Shown here piece by piece: positions 8,417 through 17,128 of a DNA stretch of 64,000 nt. The notes under the pieces were generated by a model, which was not told the DNA's origin, did no database searches, and saw only the letters and a list, made by a program, of their open reading frames with translations. Location of the stretch: NCBI GenBank assembly GCA_029243605.1, contig JAQWRT010000010.1, positions 64,175 to 128,174 of the forward strand, in the 5' to 3' direction. The DNA comes from Myxococcota bacterium (GTDB lineage: Bacteria > Myxococcota_A > UBA9160 > UBA4427). The translations under genes and the position numbers were made by a program. The first letter of the stretch is position 1, and each line of letters starts with the position of its first letter.

Positions 8417-8971
8417 TCACGACGCACTCCCCGAAGCGACGCCGCTTCCCCCGCTGCCCGCCCCGAGATCGCCGGTCAGCAACGACTTCACCTGACCCAG
8501 GGCACGAAGGCCATAACGCAGGGCGATCAGTCCGAACGCCACAGGAATCACGATCTCGAACATCCAGGCGGGAATATCTGAAAAAGCAGTGCTGCCGAAC
8601 TCCCGCTCGTCCGCGACGAAGCGCCCCGAATTCCACGAAACGATCCCGGCCACAGCCGCGGTGAACGAGCCCGTCAGGATTCCCAGCACCGCTGCCGCTC
8701 GGGGTGAAAGCAATTTTGAGGCAGCGTCAATGCGTATATGCCGATCCGATCGGCTGGCGGCCACCGCACCCATCAGGCCTACCCAGAGAACCAGCACCCT
8801 AAGCAGGGGGTCGATCCAAACGATTCCGGCATCGAAGAAATTGCGCAGGAAGATCTGCAGGGGGGCGAGGACCACCATGGCTCCCAGAAGCAGAGCCAAG
8901 AAAACATCCTCAAGCCTGTACAAGACTCGAAGGATGCCTCCCGCTTCCTTCTCCCCCGGGCCGGCGCTCAT
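8417..8971 (-). CDS. dctQ: TRAP transporter small permease subunit (DctQ family)
   Basis: 184 aa with four hydrophobic helices, sitting between DctP and DctM. An ATGA start/stop overlap with dctP (8968-8971) implies translational coupling. Confidence 0.8.
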   Translation of the reverse strand: MSAGPGEKEAGGILRVLYRLEDVFLALLLGAMVVLAPLQIFLRNFFDAGIVWIDPLLRVLVLWVGLMGAVAASRSDRHIRIDAASKLLSPRAAAVLGILTGSFTAAVAGIVSWNSGRFVADEREFGSTAFSDIPAWMFEIVIPVAFGLIALRYGLRALGQVKSLLTGDLGAGSGGSGVASGSAS

Positions 8972-9999
8972 TCCGGAACAGCCGCCCCGCTGCGGTGCTC
9001 CTGAAGGAGGGTGAGAATTTGATTAATGGTCTCTTCTGAGTAGCGCCCGGTTCCTCGCAACTGGGTGATGGCCTGGGCGCTGATGCTTCGCCAGCGCTGC
9101 ACTTCCTCTCGGGAAGAGGCCGAAACGAACTCGATCCCCTGGCTCTTCAGAGCCTCCCGGGCGTTACTTTCGTCGGCACGGTTCACTTCATCAAGCCTGC
9201 TCGCTGCCGCCGAAACCACCTCGCGCACAACTTTTTGATCCTTGGCGGAGATTTTCGAGAAAGCTCTCTGGTCGACAGCGAAAATTCCAACCAAATACAT
9301 GATGGGAACCTCGGTGAGATACTTGACTCGCGTATGCCATTGGAAGGCGATGGCCCCGATCGGCGGAGCCGCCACCGTGTCCACCAGCCCGGTCTGGAGC
9401 GCGGTATAAACGTCGGCGATCGGCAGGGGAACCGGAGCAACCCCAGCAATGCGAAGAGCCACATCGGTCATCGTGTCACCTTCGACCAACCAGACCCGCG
9501 TACCCTCCATGTCTTCAACTCTGCGGATGGGCTTCTGGGAGAGCACATAGGCAAAGCCTCCATCGGTAATGGCGAGAGCCTCGAAACCATTCTGAGCTAG
9601 GCCTTTCATGATCTTCTGATCAAGCTGGCTGCGGACGAAATCGACTTCTTCGTAATCCCTGAACAGGAGAGGAAGGCTGTAGAGTTCGGCGTCGGGGTAC
9701 ACCGCCGCCAGGGCTCCGCTGGTAAATGCCCCCCCCTGCAACTGTCCAGCTCGAACCTTGCGCATGACGGTCTTATCACCACCCATCACACCACCGGGGT
9801 AGAACTTGAGCTTGACTCGCCCCTGAGTCCTCTCCTTGATCTCGTCACCCGCTTTTCGCATTTCCGCCAACCAACTGCTTCCATCGGGAAGGATTGTGGC
9901 GATCTTCAGAGTTCGCGCGGAAGCTTCGGCTCCAGCCATCCCCAGCGACAGGCCGACGAGCGCGATGACAGCCCGGAACGAAACCAGTTTGCGACGCAT
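8968..9999 (-). CDS. dctP: TRAP transporter substrate-binding protein (DctP family)
   Basis: 343 aa with a signal peptide, then RTLKIATILPDGSSWLAEMRKAGDEIKERTQGRVKLKFYPGGVMGGD..., typical of DctP-type SBPs. Confidence 0.9.
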   Translation of the reverse strand: MRRKLVSFRAVIALVGLSLGMAGAEASARTLKIATILPDGSSWLAEMRKAGDEIKERTQGRVKLKFYPGGVMGGDKTVMRKVRAGQLQGGAFTSGALAAVYPDAELYSLPLLFRDYEEVDFVRSQLDQKIMKGLAQNGFEALAITDGGFAYVLSQKPIRRVEDMEGTRVWLVEGDTMTDVALRIAGVAPVPLPIADVYTALQTGLVDTVAAPPIGAIAFQWHTRVKYLTEVPIMYLVGIFAVDQRAFSKISAKDQKVVREVVSAAASRLDEVNRADESNAREALKSQGIEFVSASSREEVQRWRSISAQAITQLRGTGRYSEETINQILTLLQEHRSGAAVPE

Positions 10000-10070
10000 G
10001 ATCTTTCCTCTCTTCTTCCCCGATCCGTGGGTCGGGGCTGCGCAACCCGACTCGGTTCCAAGGAATTGAT

Positions 10071-10937
10071 CTAGAAATAGTCTTCCGCTTCGAGCAGAAG
10101 GACCGCAGCTCTTTCCTGGGCCAGGATATTGCTAAGCGTGTACCCAGGAGCCACCGGCTCAGCCTCCACTACTTCGACGAGAAGCTCATCGTGAAGGTTC
10201 CGGTCAAAGACGAGCTTTCCGTAACTTTCGGCGAAAAAGACCTTGGCCATCAGGTTCTGTCCGTTTGAGAGCTCGATGGCTCGCTCAAAATGGTCTCGAC
10301 CGATTTCGGGAAGACCGCCCATTTGAGCCGGTCGCAGGGTATAGATAACTCCGAGGTAAAGGTGCGCGCCGCCCTGGTCGTAGGACTCATCGAGTTCAAT
10401 GATTCGCTCGATGATCGCCTGAACCTTTGGAAGTTCCGCAATGGCGACCCAATCCGAGGAATTGGACTGAATCCAGCCCGCCCAGGCGCTGCCAAAACCG
10501 TAGAGGGCGGGGAGATCCGACTCATCGGTTTCCGCGAGCTGAGCTTCGAAGGCCTCAAAGGGCCCAACGATGGCCTCGCAAAGCTTTTCGTCCTCGAGAC
10601 AGAGGGCCCTTTGCCCGTAATCCCGAGCCTTGGCGTTGAGTTCGGAGCTCCGGAGGGGAGTGTCCACAAAAGCCGAAGCGTAGGCCGAATAGAGCTTGGC
10701 TCCCGCCAGTAGAAGTTGTTCATTATCCGGGCTTCCGGCGATCAACCCGTCGATGAGTATCAAGTAGGCAGGTGCCCCGTCCCGAACCAAGAGCGGGTCG
10801 GATTGATTGACCAGAGCGGCCGAAACGTCCTCTGCCAGCCCACTCGTTGCGTTGCTGACGAGGACCGTACAGCCGAGGTTGGGCACCGAGAGAGCAACCA
10901 TGCATAGGAGGCTTGCGATCTCTGTTCTCATGATCAC
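10071..10937 (-). CDS. TRAP-associated TPR protein, TatT-like (T-component of a TPAT-type TRAP system)
   Basis: 288 aa. An N-terminal hydrophobic leader ends ...SVPNLGC (possible lipoprotein). The all-helical TPR-like body (LLVRDGAPAYLILIDGLIAGSPDNEQLLLAGAKLYSAYASAFV...) resembles the TatT family. It sits directly upstream of dctPQM on the same strand. Confidence 0.65.
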   Translation of the reverse strand: MIMRTEIASLLCMVALSVPNLGCTVLVSNATSGLAEDVSAALVNQSDPLLVRDGAPAYLILIDGLIAGSPDNEQLLLAGAKLYSAYASAFVDTPLRSSELNAKARDYGQRALCLEDEKLCEAIVGPFEAFEAQLAETDESDLPALYGFGSAWAGWIQSNSSDWVAIAELPKVQAIIERIIELDESYDQGGAHLYLGVIYTLRPAQMGGLPEIGRDHFERAIELSNGQNLMAKVFFAESYGKLVFDRNLHDELLVEVVEAEPVAPGYTLSNILAQERAAVLLLEAEDYF

Positions 10938-11062
10938 GAATTATAGCAGGACTTCGGAGCGCGTCGGAGCGTCTTGGGAGCTCGGCAAAGGCCGCTACTC
11001 TCGGATTTAGTAAAAGTTTGCCGGCCCCTCAGTCAGGGACGGCAGGGAAAAGGCCCGCCGCT

Positions 11063-12310
11063 ATGCGTGAGAAGTCGACAACGATCGTAGAACCCGCGAC
11101 CGAGCCGAGGCCGCCGAACCCCCCGGAGAAGGGAGCCTATGGCATGGGCCGAATCGTTCTCGCCGCCCCTCCTCTGGCTCTGGCGACGGCCACTCTGACC
11201 GGCTTGGGCCTCGTCCACGGACTCCCCACCGGCCTCGCCCTGGCGGCGGGTGTCGGAATGAGTTTTTTGCCCGCGATCGGGCTTGGCACGCTCTTCTCGG
11301 GATCCGAAAAAACAATACGCGGGTGGAGCGCTTGGGTCTGGTGCGCCGCCGTGCTTCTCGCTCTCCCCCTCTATTTTCCCGGAGACCGAGAACTGGCCAC
11401 CCAGGAGGGGACTCGACACCTGGTCGGTTGGTTGGGCCCGGCCAATGCCGACAGCCTAGGTCGGGCAGCGGGCGCAGTCGTCGGACTCCTCGGCTCGGAT
11501 TCCCGCCCCCTAGCTCCCTCTATCGACGAAGCCCTCCAAGAGCGGAGCAAGAGCACACCGCCCTCCCCCTCGGCGAGCCAAGTGCCCCCGCCCGCCAAGC
11601 GAGAAGCGGCCGCGCCGGAGACAGTCCGTATTCCCTACCTCGGCGACAAGAGTTCTCTGCGCATCGAGGCCCACGTCGATGGACCCGAGAGCGGTGAACT
11701 GTTCACCCTTCTCTTTGATACCGGGGCGACCTTCACGACCCTGAACCGGGAAAGCCTCGACGCCCTCGGTCTCTCTATCCCCCCGGATGCGCCTCGGGTC
11801 ACCCTGCAGACCGCGAACGGCAGACTTGAAGCCGAGTTGGTTCTGGTCGATGCGATCTGGCTCGGGGATTCTCCCGTCGAGTGGGTAACCGTCGCGGTTT
11901 GTGAGAGCTGCGCGAGCAAGACCTCGGTTGGCCTACTCGGTCTCAACGTATCTCAACGCTTCCAGGTTGCTCTCGATCACGACCGGCGCGAGATTTCATT
12001 CGAGCGCCGTGGGAGTGGTGATGACCGCTCTCTCGATATTCGAAATTGGCTTCGAATTCGCTCCCAGGTCACCAAACATTGGGATGGGCGTATCGAAGTC
12101 GACCTCCAAGGTTTCAATGACGCGCGGCAGGAAATTCGTAGCGCGGTGGTCCGTTTGGAATGCTCGGGCCAGAGCTTCGCCATCCAACTCGACGCGATCC
12201 CCCCGCTTGGAGAGGCCTCGGTTCAGGTCGAATTGCCCCGGGAAGCGGACTGCAGCGAGCAAGAACTCGAACTCACTCGGGCCTATTGGGGTCTAGATAG
12301 ATTCGAGTAG
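11063..12310 (+). CDS. membrane-anchored retropepsin-like (clan AA) aspartic protease
   Basis: N-terminal TM helices and a Pro/Ser-rich linker precede a retropepsin domain with the catalytic motif LLFDTGATFTTL and downstream VGLLGLN. An extra ~110-aa C-terminal domain follows. ATG 11063 is chosen as start; TTG 11018 or ATG 11144 are possible. Confidence 0.7.
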   Translation: MREKSTTIVEPATEPRPPNPPEKGAYGMGRIVLAAPPLALATATLTGLGLVHGLPTGLALAAGVGMSFLPAIGLGTLFSGSEKTIRGWSAWVWCAAVLLALPLYFPGDRELATQEGTRHLVGWLGPANADSLGRAAGAVVGLLGSDSRPLAPSIDEALQERSKSTPPSPSASQVPPPAKREAAAPETVRIPYLGDKSSLRIEAHVDGPESGELFTLLFDTGATFTTLNRESLDALGLSIPPDAPRVTLQTANGRLEAELVLVDAIWLGDSPVEWVTVAVCESCASKTSVGLLGLNVSQRFQVALDHDRREISFERRGSGDDRSLDIRNWLRIRSQVTKHWDGRIEVDLQGFNDARQEIRSAVVRLECSGQSFAIQLDAIPPLGEASVQVELPREADCSEQELELTRAYWGLDRFE

Positions 12311-12320
12311 AGGGCGAATT

Positions 12321-13514
12321 CTACTTCTCGCGATCGACCACTCCCTGGGCGATGAACTCGGCGATTTCATCCTCGCTATAACCGTGCTCGCCAAGAATCG
12401 CCCGGGTCTCGGATCCCGGGGTCGGCGGAGGCATCCTCAGGCTCGTGGGCGTCTCGGAAAGAGTCACGGGATGGCGCAATAAATCGAGATCACCGTCTTC
12501 ATCATGCCGGACAGTCCGGGTCAAGCGAAGATGATCCGCTTGGGGATCGGCGAAGGTCTCGTCCACCGAAAGGACTGGCCCGCAGGCGATATCCGCCGCA
12601 CTCAACACCTCCAGCCACTCGGCGCTGGTCCGCTCCCTCAACTTGGGCTCGATAATGGCACGCAGCTCTTCCCTGTGCCGAACCCGCCCCTTGAGATTGG
12701 AAAAGCGTGGATCATTCGCGAGTTCCTCGTCACCGATGGCCGCCGGAAATCGATCCCAGCCTCCGAGCACGGCGATATTGATCGCTCCATCTCGGGTTTC
12801 AAAAAGACCCATCGGAAAGATCGTCGGATGATCGTTGCCTGCCTGGGGAGGAATTTCTCCGTCGACCAACCAGCGCGCGGCCTGGAAATCCATAAAATTC
12901 ACCAGAGCCTCGAAAAGCGACGTGTGGACCCATTGCCCCCGGCCCGTTCGCTCTCGGGCATAGAGCGCAGCCAAGACTCCCTGGGCAAGAAAAGTCCCCG
13001 CGGCGGTATCCGAGATCGCGACCCCTGCGCGCCAGGGGCCTGCCCCCGGCGGCCCGGTCACGCTCATCAAGCCACTCATACCCTGGATGATCTGGTCGAC
13101 CGCGGGCCGACGAGCATAGGGGCCGGTCTGCCCAAAGCCCGAAAGACTCGCGTAGATGAGTCGCGGGTTCAGCGCCGCGAGGGCGGGGTAGTCGATTCCC
13201 AGCCGAGTCTTCACATCCGAGCGAAAATTTTCTACGAACACGTCCGCCCGTTGAACCAGGCGCTCAAGAATCATCCGACCTGACTCCTGCTTGAGGTCGA
13301 CGACCAAGCCACGCTTGTTTCGGTGAAGATTCTGGGAGTCGGAGCCGCGAAGATCCTCGCGACCTGGGGCGGAGACACGGATGACCTCGGCACCGAGGTC
13401 GGCGAGTTGCCGAACGCAGGTGGGGCCGGCCCGGGCAATTGTAAGATCCACCACTCGAATCCCGTCAAGAGCGCCGGTCTCATCGTCCCTGGGGCGATAG
13501 ATATCTTCGGTCAT
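12321..13514 (-). CDS. family III CoA-transferase (CaiB/BaiF family)
   Basis: 397 aa. GALDGIRVVDLTIARAGPTCVRQLADLGAEVIRV... is the characteristic N-terminus of class III CoA transferases. Confidence 0.9.
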   Translation of the reverse strand: MTEDIYRPRDDETGALDGIRVVDLTIARAGPTCVRQLADLGAEVIRVSAPGREDLRGSDSQNLHRNKRGLVVDLKQESGRMILERLVQRADVFVENFRSDVKTRLGIDYPALAALNPRLIYASLSGFGQTGPYARRPAVDQIIQGMSGLMSVTGPPGAGPWRAGVAISDTAAGTFLAQGVLAALYARERTGRGQWVHTSLFEALVNFMDFQAARWLVDGEIPPQAGNDHPTIFPMGLFETRDGAINIAVLGGWDRFPAAIGDEELANDPRFSNLKGRVRHREELRAIIEPKLRERTSAEWLEVLSAADIACGPVLSVDETFADPQADHLRLTRTVRHDEDGDLDLLRHPVTLSETPTSLRMPPPTPGSETRAILGEHGYSEDEIAEFIAQGVVDREK

Positions 13515-13530
13515 AGGAAAGACCCCTGGC

Positions 13531-14313
13531 TTAACGGCCCTTGAAGACTGGGGGGCGCTTCTCCATGAAGGCCTTCACCCCTTCCGAAAAATCTTCGCTC
13601 GAGAAACAAGCCTGTAGCACCTCGGCGATGCGCTCGGAATCTCGGCGAGCCGGTTCACGCTGCAACTCCCTGGAGAGAACCTTCACGCTGCGAACGGTCA
13701 GCGGGGCATTCCCAGCAATCTCACCCGCTATTTTGTCGACGAGGGCGCGCAGCTCTTCTCGCGCCACGACTCGGTTCACCAGACCCATAGCGAGGGCCTC
13801 GGTCGCCGAATAGCGCCGGGCGGTATAAAGGATTTCACGTGAGTGGGAAGGACCTACAACCGCTGCCAACTTCTCGATGCCTTCCAAGCCATAACCCACC
13901 CCGAGCTTGGCTGCGGGAATCCCGAAGCTCGAATTCGTAGCCGCGTATCGGAGGTCGGCGCAAAGGGCCACCGCGAGGCCACCCCCAATACAGAAGCCGT
14001 CGATCATGGCGATCAGGGGCTTATCCAAGCGACTCAATCGCTCGAAGGCATTGCCACCTCCAGCGTCTAGGCGCTGGGAGGTCTGGGTCCCATCGACTCC
14101 AGCGAACTGGGAAATATCGGCGCCGGAAACAAAGGCCTCATCCCCCTCTCCCCGCATCACGACGACACGAACCGACTCATCGGCACCCAGGCGCCCAGCG
14201 GCTTCGGCAAGCTCGACCCACATGCTGGCCGAGATGGCATTGCGGCGCTCGGGGTGATCGAAAACGATCCACCCAACGGCTCCCTCGATATGGCTATGAA
14301 CGCGTCCGGGCAT
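13531..14313 (-). CDS. enoyl-CoA hydratase/isomerase (crotonase) family protein
   Basis: 260 aa. Crotonase-fold signatures are present: VVVMRGEGDEAFVSGADI, LIAMIDGFCIGGGLAVALCADLRYA. Confidence 0.9.
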   Translation of the reverse strand: MPGRVHSHIEGAVGWIVFDHPERRNAISASMWVELAEAAGRLGADESVRVVVMRGEGDEAFVSGADISQFAGVDGTQTSQRLDAGGGNAFERLSRLDKPLIAMIDGFCIGGGLAVALCADLRYAATNSSFGIPAAKLGVGYGLEGIEKLAAVVGPSHSREILYTARRYSATEALAMGLVNRVVAREELRALVDKIAGEIAGNAPLTVRSVKVLSRELQREPARRDSERIAEVLQACFSSEDFSEGVKAFMEKRPPVFKGR

Positions 14314-14357
14314 CTCGCGAGTCTACCCCAGAGCGCTGACAAAATGGACAGGGCTGA

Positions 14358-15740
14358 TCAGGCTCGGCGCGCGTCCAACTCTCGGCGAATTCTCGCGTGC
14401 TCAGCCTCGTCCAGGCCGAAGCGGGTGAGGAGAAAGGTCGCTATCAGGTAGCAACACAGAGGAAAGAGCGCGTAGAGGGCCTTCAGCGCGAAGAGCGCTT
14501 CCTCGCCCTGGGCCTTATTCGGCACGAAGCCCGAAGCTTCAAGAACAAAGCCCGTCAGCATTAAGGTCACGCCAACACCAAATTTGTAGACAAAATTCCA
14601 GGCGGCGAAGTAGGCGCCCTCCTTGCGGTCACCCGTCTCCAATTCGTCAAAATCGATGACATCGGCCTGGATCGAAGGCGCCACCACGGCACCGGCGCTG
14701 CCAAAGAAACCGAGCAAGACCGCCAGAACGCTGATCACGATGACATCACCCTCTTGCAAGAGGAACATCCCGCCGAAACCCAGCGCCGAAAAAAACGTCG
14801 AGGTCGTCCAGATATACTTTTTCCCCAGACGCCCTGAAACCCATACCCAAAAGGGAACGGCCGCCGCCGAAGGAATCATGTAGAGCAGGATATAGAGGGG
14901 AGCCAGGCGGGGAGTCCCAACGACGTATTCTGCGACGTAGACCGTCAGGGCATTGATGGTGGCGGCTCCGAGGCTCTCCACCAGGAAGACGGCGAGCAAG
15001 ATCCGCGCATGGCGATTTCGGAAAACATCTCGGTAGGCCCTGAAGGGATTAGAGGAGCCGCGTCCCTGATACTCGGGCCTTTCCTTCACTCTCGCGACCA
15101 TCCAAACCGTAAATACCGTGCTCACCAGAATGATGAAAATCGAGACCCGAGAGGCCATGAGCCGTGTTCCGTCGGACTCGATAATCAAGGACATGCCGGC
15201 CAGAGCTCCGAAGGAGCCGAGGATCCAGGCGACATGGCGTCCACCAAAGATCCGAGTTCGGTCGTGGGGGTCATCGCTAAGTTCGGCACCGAGGGATTGG
15301 TGCGGGACGACGACGACGGTCATTGATGTGTAGAAGAGAAAAACCCCAGCCGTCATCCACAAGGTCAGGTTCGTCCCCGACAGGTCAGGGGGCGGGTTCC
15401 AGAGCATGTAAAAGGCGGCGGCAAGGGGCAGAATCGAACCCAAGAGCCACGGACGACGACGGCCCACTCGAGTCTGAGTTCGATCGCTCCAGTAGCCCGC
15501 GACGGGGTCGGTGATCGCGTCCCAGATTCGCGAGAATCCAAAGATCATGCCGATCACGGCAGGGGCCATATGAAGTGTATCGGTGGCAAATTTCATCAAG
15601 TACATGTTCACAAGAAGGAACATGAACCCCACCGAAACCATGGGCAGGTTGTAATCGAAAATGGTCGCAAAGGACGTCTGCCGGGTTGGCCGGGAACCCT
15701 GGAGATGGTCCGTGTCCGCTCTTTGCTCGGGTGTGCTCAT
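14358..15740 (-). CDS. MFS transporter, glycoside-pentoside-hexuronide (GPH):cation symporter family
   Basis: 460 aa with 12 predicted TM segments and the GPH signature DAITDPVAGYWSDRTQTRVGRRRPWLL. Confidence 0.85.
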   Translation of the reverse strand: MSTPEQRADTDHLQGSRPTRQTSFATIFDYNLPMVSVGFMFLLVNMYLMKFATDTLHMAPAVIGMIFGFSRIWDAITDPVAGYWSDRTQTRVGRRRPWLLGSILPLAAAFYMLWNPPPDLSGTNLTLWMTAGVFLFYTSMTVVVVPHQSLGAELSDDPHDRTRIFGGRHVAWILGSFGALAGMSLIIESDGTRLMASRVSIFIILVSTVFTVWMVARVKERPEYQGRGSSNPFRAYRDVFRNRHARILLAVFLVESLGAATINALTVYVAEYVVGTPRLAPLYILLYMIPSAAAVPFWVWVSGRLGKKYIWTTSTFFSALGFGGMFLLQEGDVIVISVLAVLLGFFGSAGAVVAPSIQADVIDFDELETGDRKEGAYFAAWNFVYKFGVGVTLMLTGFVLEASGFVPNKAQGEEALFALKALYALFPLCCYLIATFLLTRFGLDEAEHARIRRELDARRA

Positions 15741-15832
15741 TTAGCCCTTCAAGAAAGTCGAGCCCAGGCTTCTGCGCACCCGTTCCCTCGAGACGGAGTG
15801 TCTCGGATAGCCGCCCCCGGAGCAAGCCAGAT

Positions 15833-15865
15833 CTCTGAGTTCGAACTCTTAGTTCGAACTCAGAG
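15833..15865 (-). promoter_or_regulatory. 33-bp inverted repeat built from two tandem 10-bp palindromes (AGTTCGAACT-ctt-AGTTCGAACT); candidate operator and/or terminator hairpin
   Basis: The sequence read directly is ctctgAGTTCGAACTcttAGTTCGAACTcagag. It can form a 14-bp perfect stem (15833-15846 with 15852-15865) with a 5-nt loop. It lies 10 nt downstream of the stop of the 15875..17125(-) gene and about 93 nt upstream of the MFS start at 15740. No U-tract follows it on the minus-strand RNA. Confidence 0.5.
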
Positions 15866-15874
15866 ACGACGACC

Positions 15875-17125
15875 TCAGCGCGCGTCGCTCCAGTGGGGAT
15901 AATCCGAACGCATTTTCTGCAAGCCGAACTGGGCCTCCAGCCATTCGATGATTTGCGGACTCAAACTCAGATCGCGAGCCTCGGCTGGATCCGAGAGATC
16001 GAAAACTCGGATTTCTCCCTCGGGTGCGCGCAGTTCCAACCGAGTGGGCAGGCCGAGAGCGACGAGATCTACAGCGTTCCCCGTATAGTGGTCCGAAGCC
16101 CGAGCGCCTGCCTCGGTGGCGAAGACGACCTCGTAGGTCTCCGCCATGGCCAAGGCCGCATCGCGTGTCGCCTGCCAGCCCTTGGGATCCAGCCAACGAA
16201 TCTGCACTTCGAGCCCCCACTCCTCGCGCGCACGCTCCAGGCGCTTCACCCCGGCCAGGAGTTCCTCTTCATTGGCGGCCCGGCTCAGGAGAAAGGCGCC
16301 CCACATGAGGTAGCCGCGCTCGGGGCTACGCACCGTAGAATTCAAGTAGACCTCGGCACCCTGGGCACGCAATTGGGCGATGAGCGAACGAACGCGCTGG
16401 GCCAGAGCGCTCTCGTCCCGGATCCGGGCCAGAGCGGCCAGCGCCTCGGGTTCCTTCACCGGGTTCGGATAACGCATCGCCCAAGCCGAACCCGGCGAGT
16501 CGCCGTCCCGGGCCGGAGCCAGATTCAGCTGGGGGCGCGGCGGGTCTATGACCACGGGCCCGTGGGATCCATAAAGCCGAGGCTTACCCTCGAAGATATC
16601 GTCCGGGTGAAGAAAAATTCCCGCCTTCCGGGCCCGGGACGACGTGATCCAGACGACTTCCCCCTCCAGGCCCTGTTCGCCTTCCCGGAGCAGGTCGTCG
16701 AGAAAGAGGAGAAAATCCTCCAGATCCACCGGTCGACCAAAATCTTCCCGCAGGGCGGCCTCGAGGGAAGCTGCTTTGGCCGACGTCGCCAGACGAATCA
16801 AGCGGGGCCCATCCACCTTGACCCCGGCCAGGTCGACCCTCCAGGTTCCCAGGGACTCACCCGCTCTTTGCAAAGCTTCGGCCGGGCCCCCGGACCAGGG
16901 CGGAGGAGGAAGCACGTCATAATTTCGGTCGGGCATCAAGACCCGAACCGGCCCGCTTCCCCAGGCCACCGAGAAGGGGATCGGCGCGCCCATCAGGGTC
17001 AGGAGCAGTCCAAAGACCGTCCATCGAGCGCTTGCCCCAAGATCCGCGCAACCGCCGAAGAGCGGGCGCCCGGTCCAAGCGCCGCTCCGGAGCGCGTTCC
17101 ACCCTGGTCTCCCCCGCCCGGGCAA
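15875..17125 (-). CDS. secreted/membrane-anchored protein with C-terminal M15-family (VanY / D-Ala-D-Ala carboxypeptidase-like, LAS) zinc peptidase domain
   Basis: C-terminal motifs match the M15 pattern: STVRSPERGYLMW (S-x-x-R-S...), ARASDHYTGNAVDL (S-x-H-x-x-G-x-A-x-D) and a terminal DYPHW histidine. An N-terminal hydrophobic anchor is present (WTVFGLLLTLMGAPI). The start (TTG 17125) is uncertain. Confidence 0.6.
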   Translation of the reverse strand: MPGRGRPGWNALRSGAWTGRPLFGGCADLGASARWTVFGLLLTLMGAPIPFSVAWGSGPVRVLMPDRNYDVLPPPPWSGGPAEALQRAGESLGTWRVDLAGVKVDGPRLIRLATSAKAASLEAALREDFGRPVDLEDFLLFLDDLLREGEQGLEGEVVWITSSRARKAGIFLHPDDIFEGKPRLYGSHGPVVIDPPRPQLNLAPARDGDSPGSAWAMRYPNPVKEPEALAALARIRDESALAQRVRSLIAQLRAQGAEVYLNSTVRSPERGYLMWGAFLLSRAANEEELLAGVKRLERAREEWGLEVQIRWLDPKGWQATRDAALAMAETYEVVFATEAGARASDHYTGNAVDLVALGLPTRLELRAPEGEIRVFDLSDPAEARDLSLSPQIIEWLEAQFGLQKMRSDYPHWSDAR

Positions 17126-17128
17126 CGG

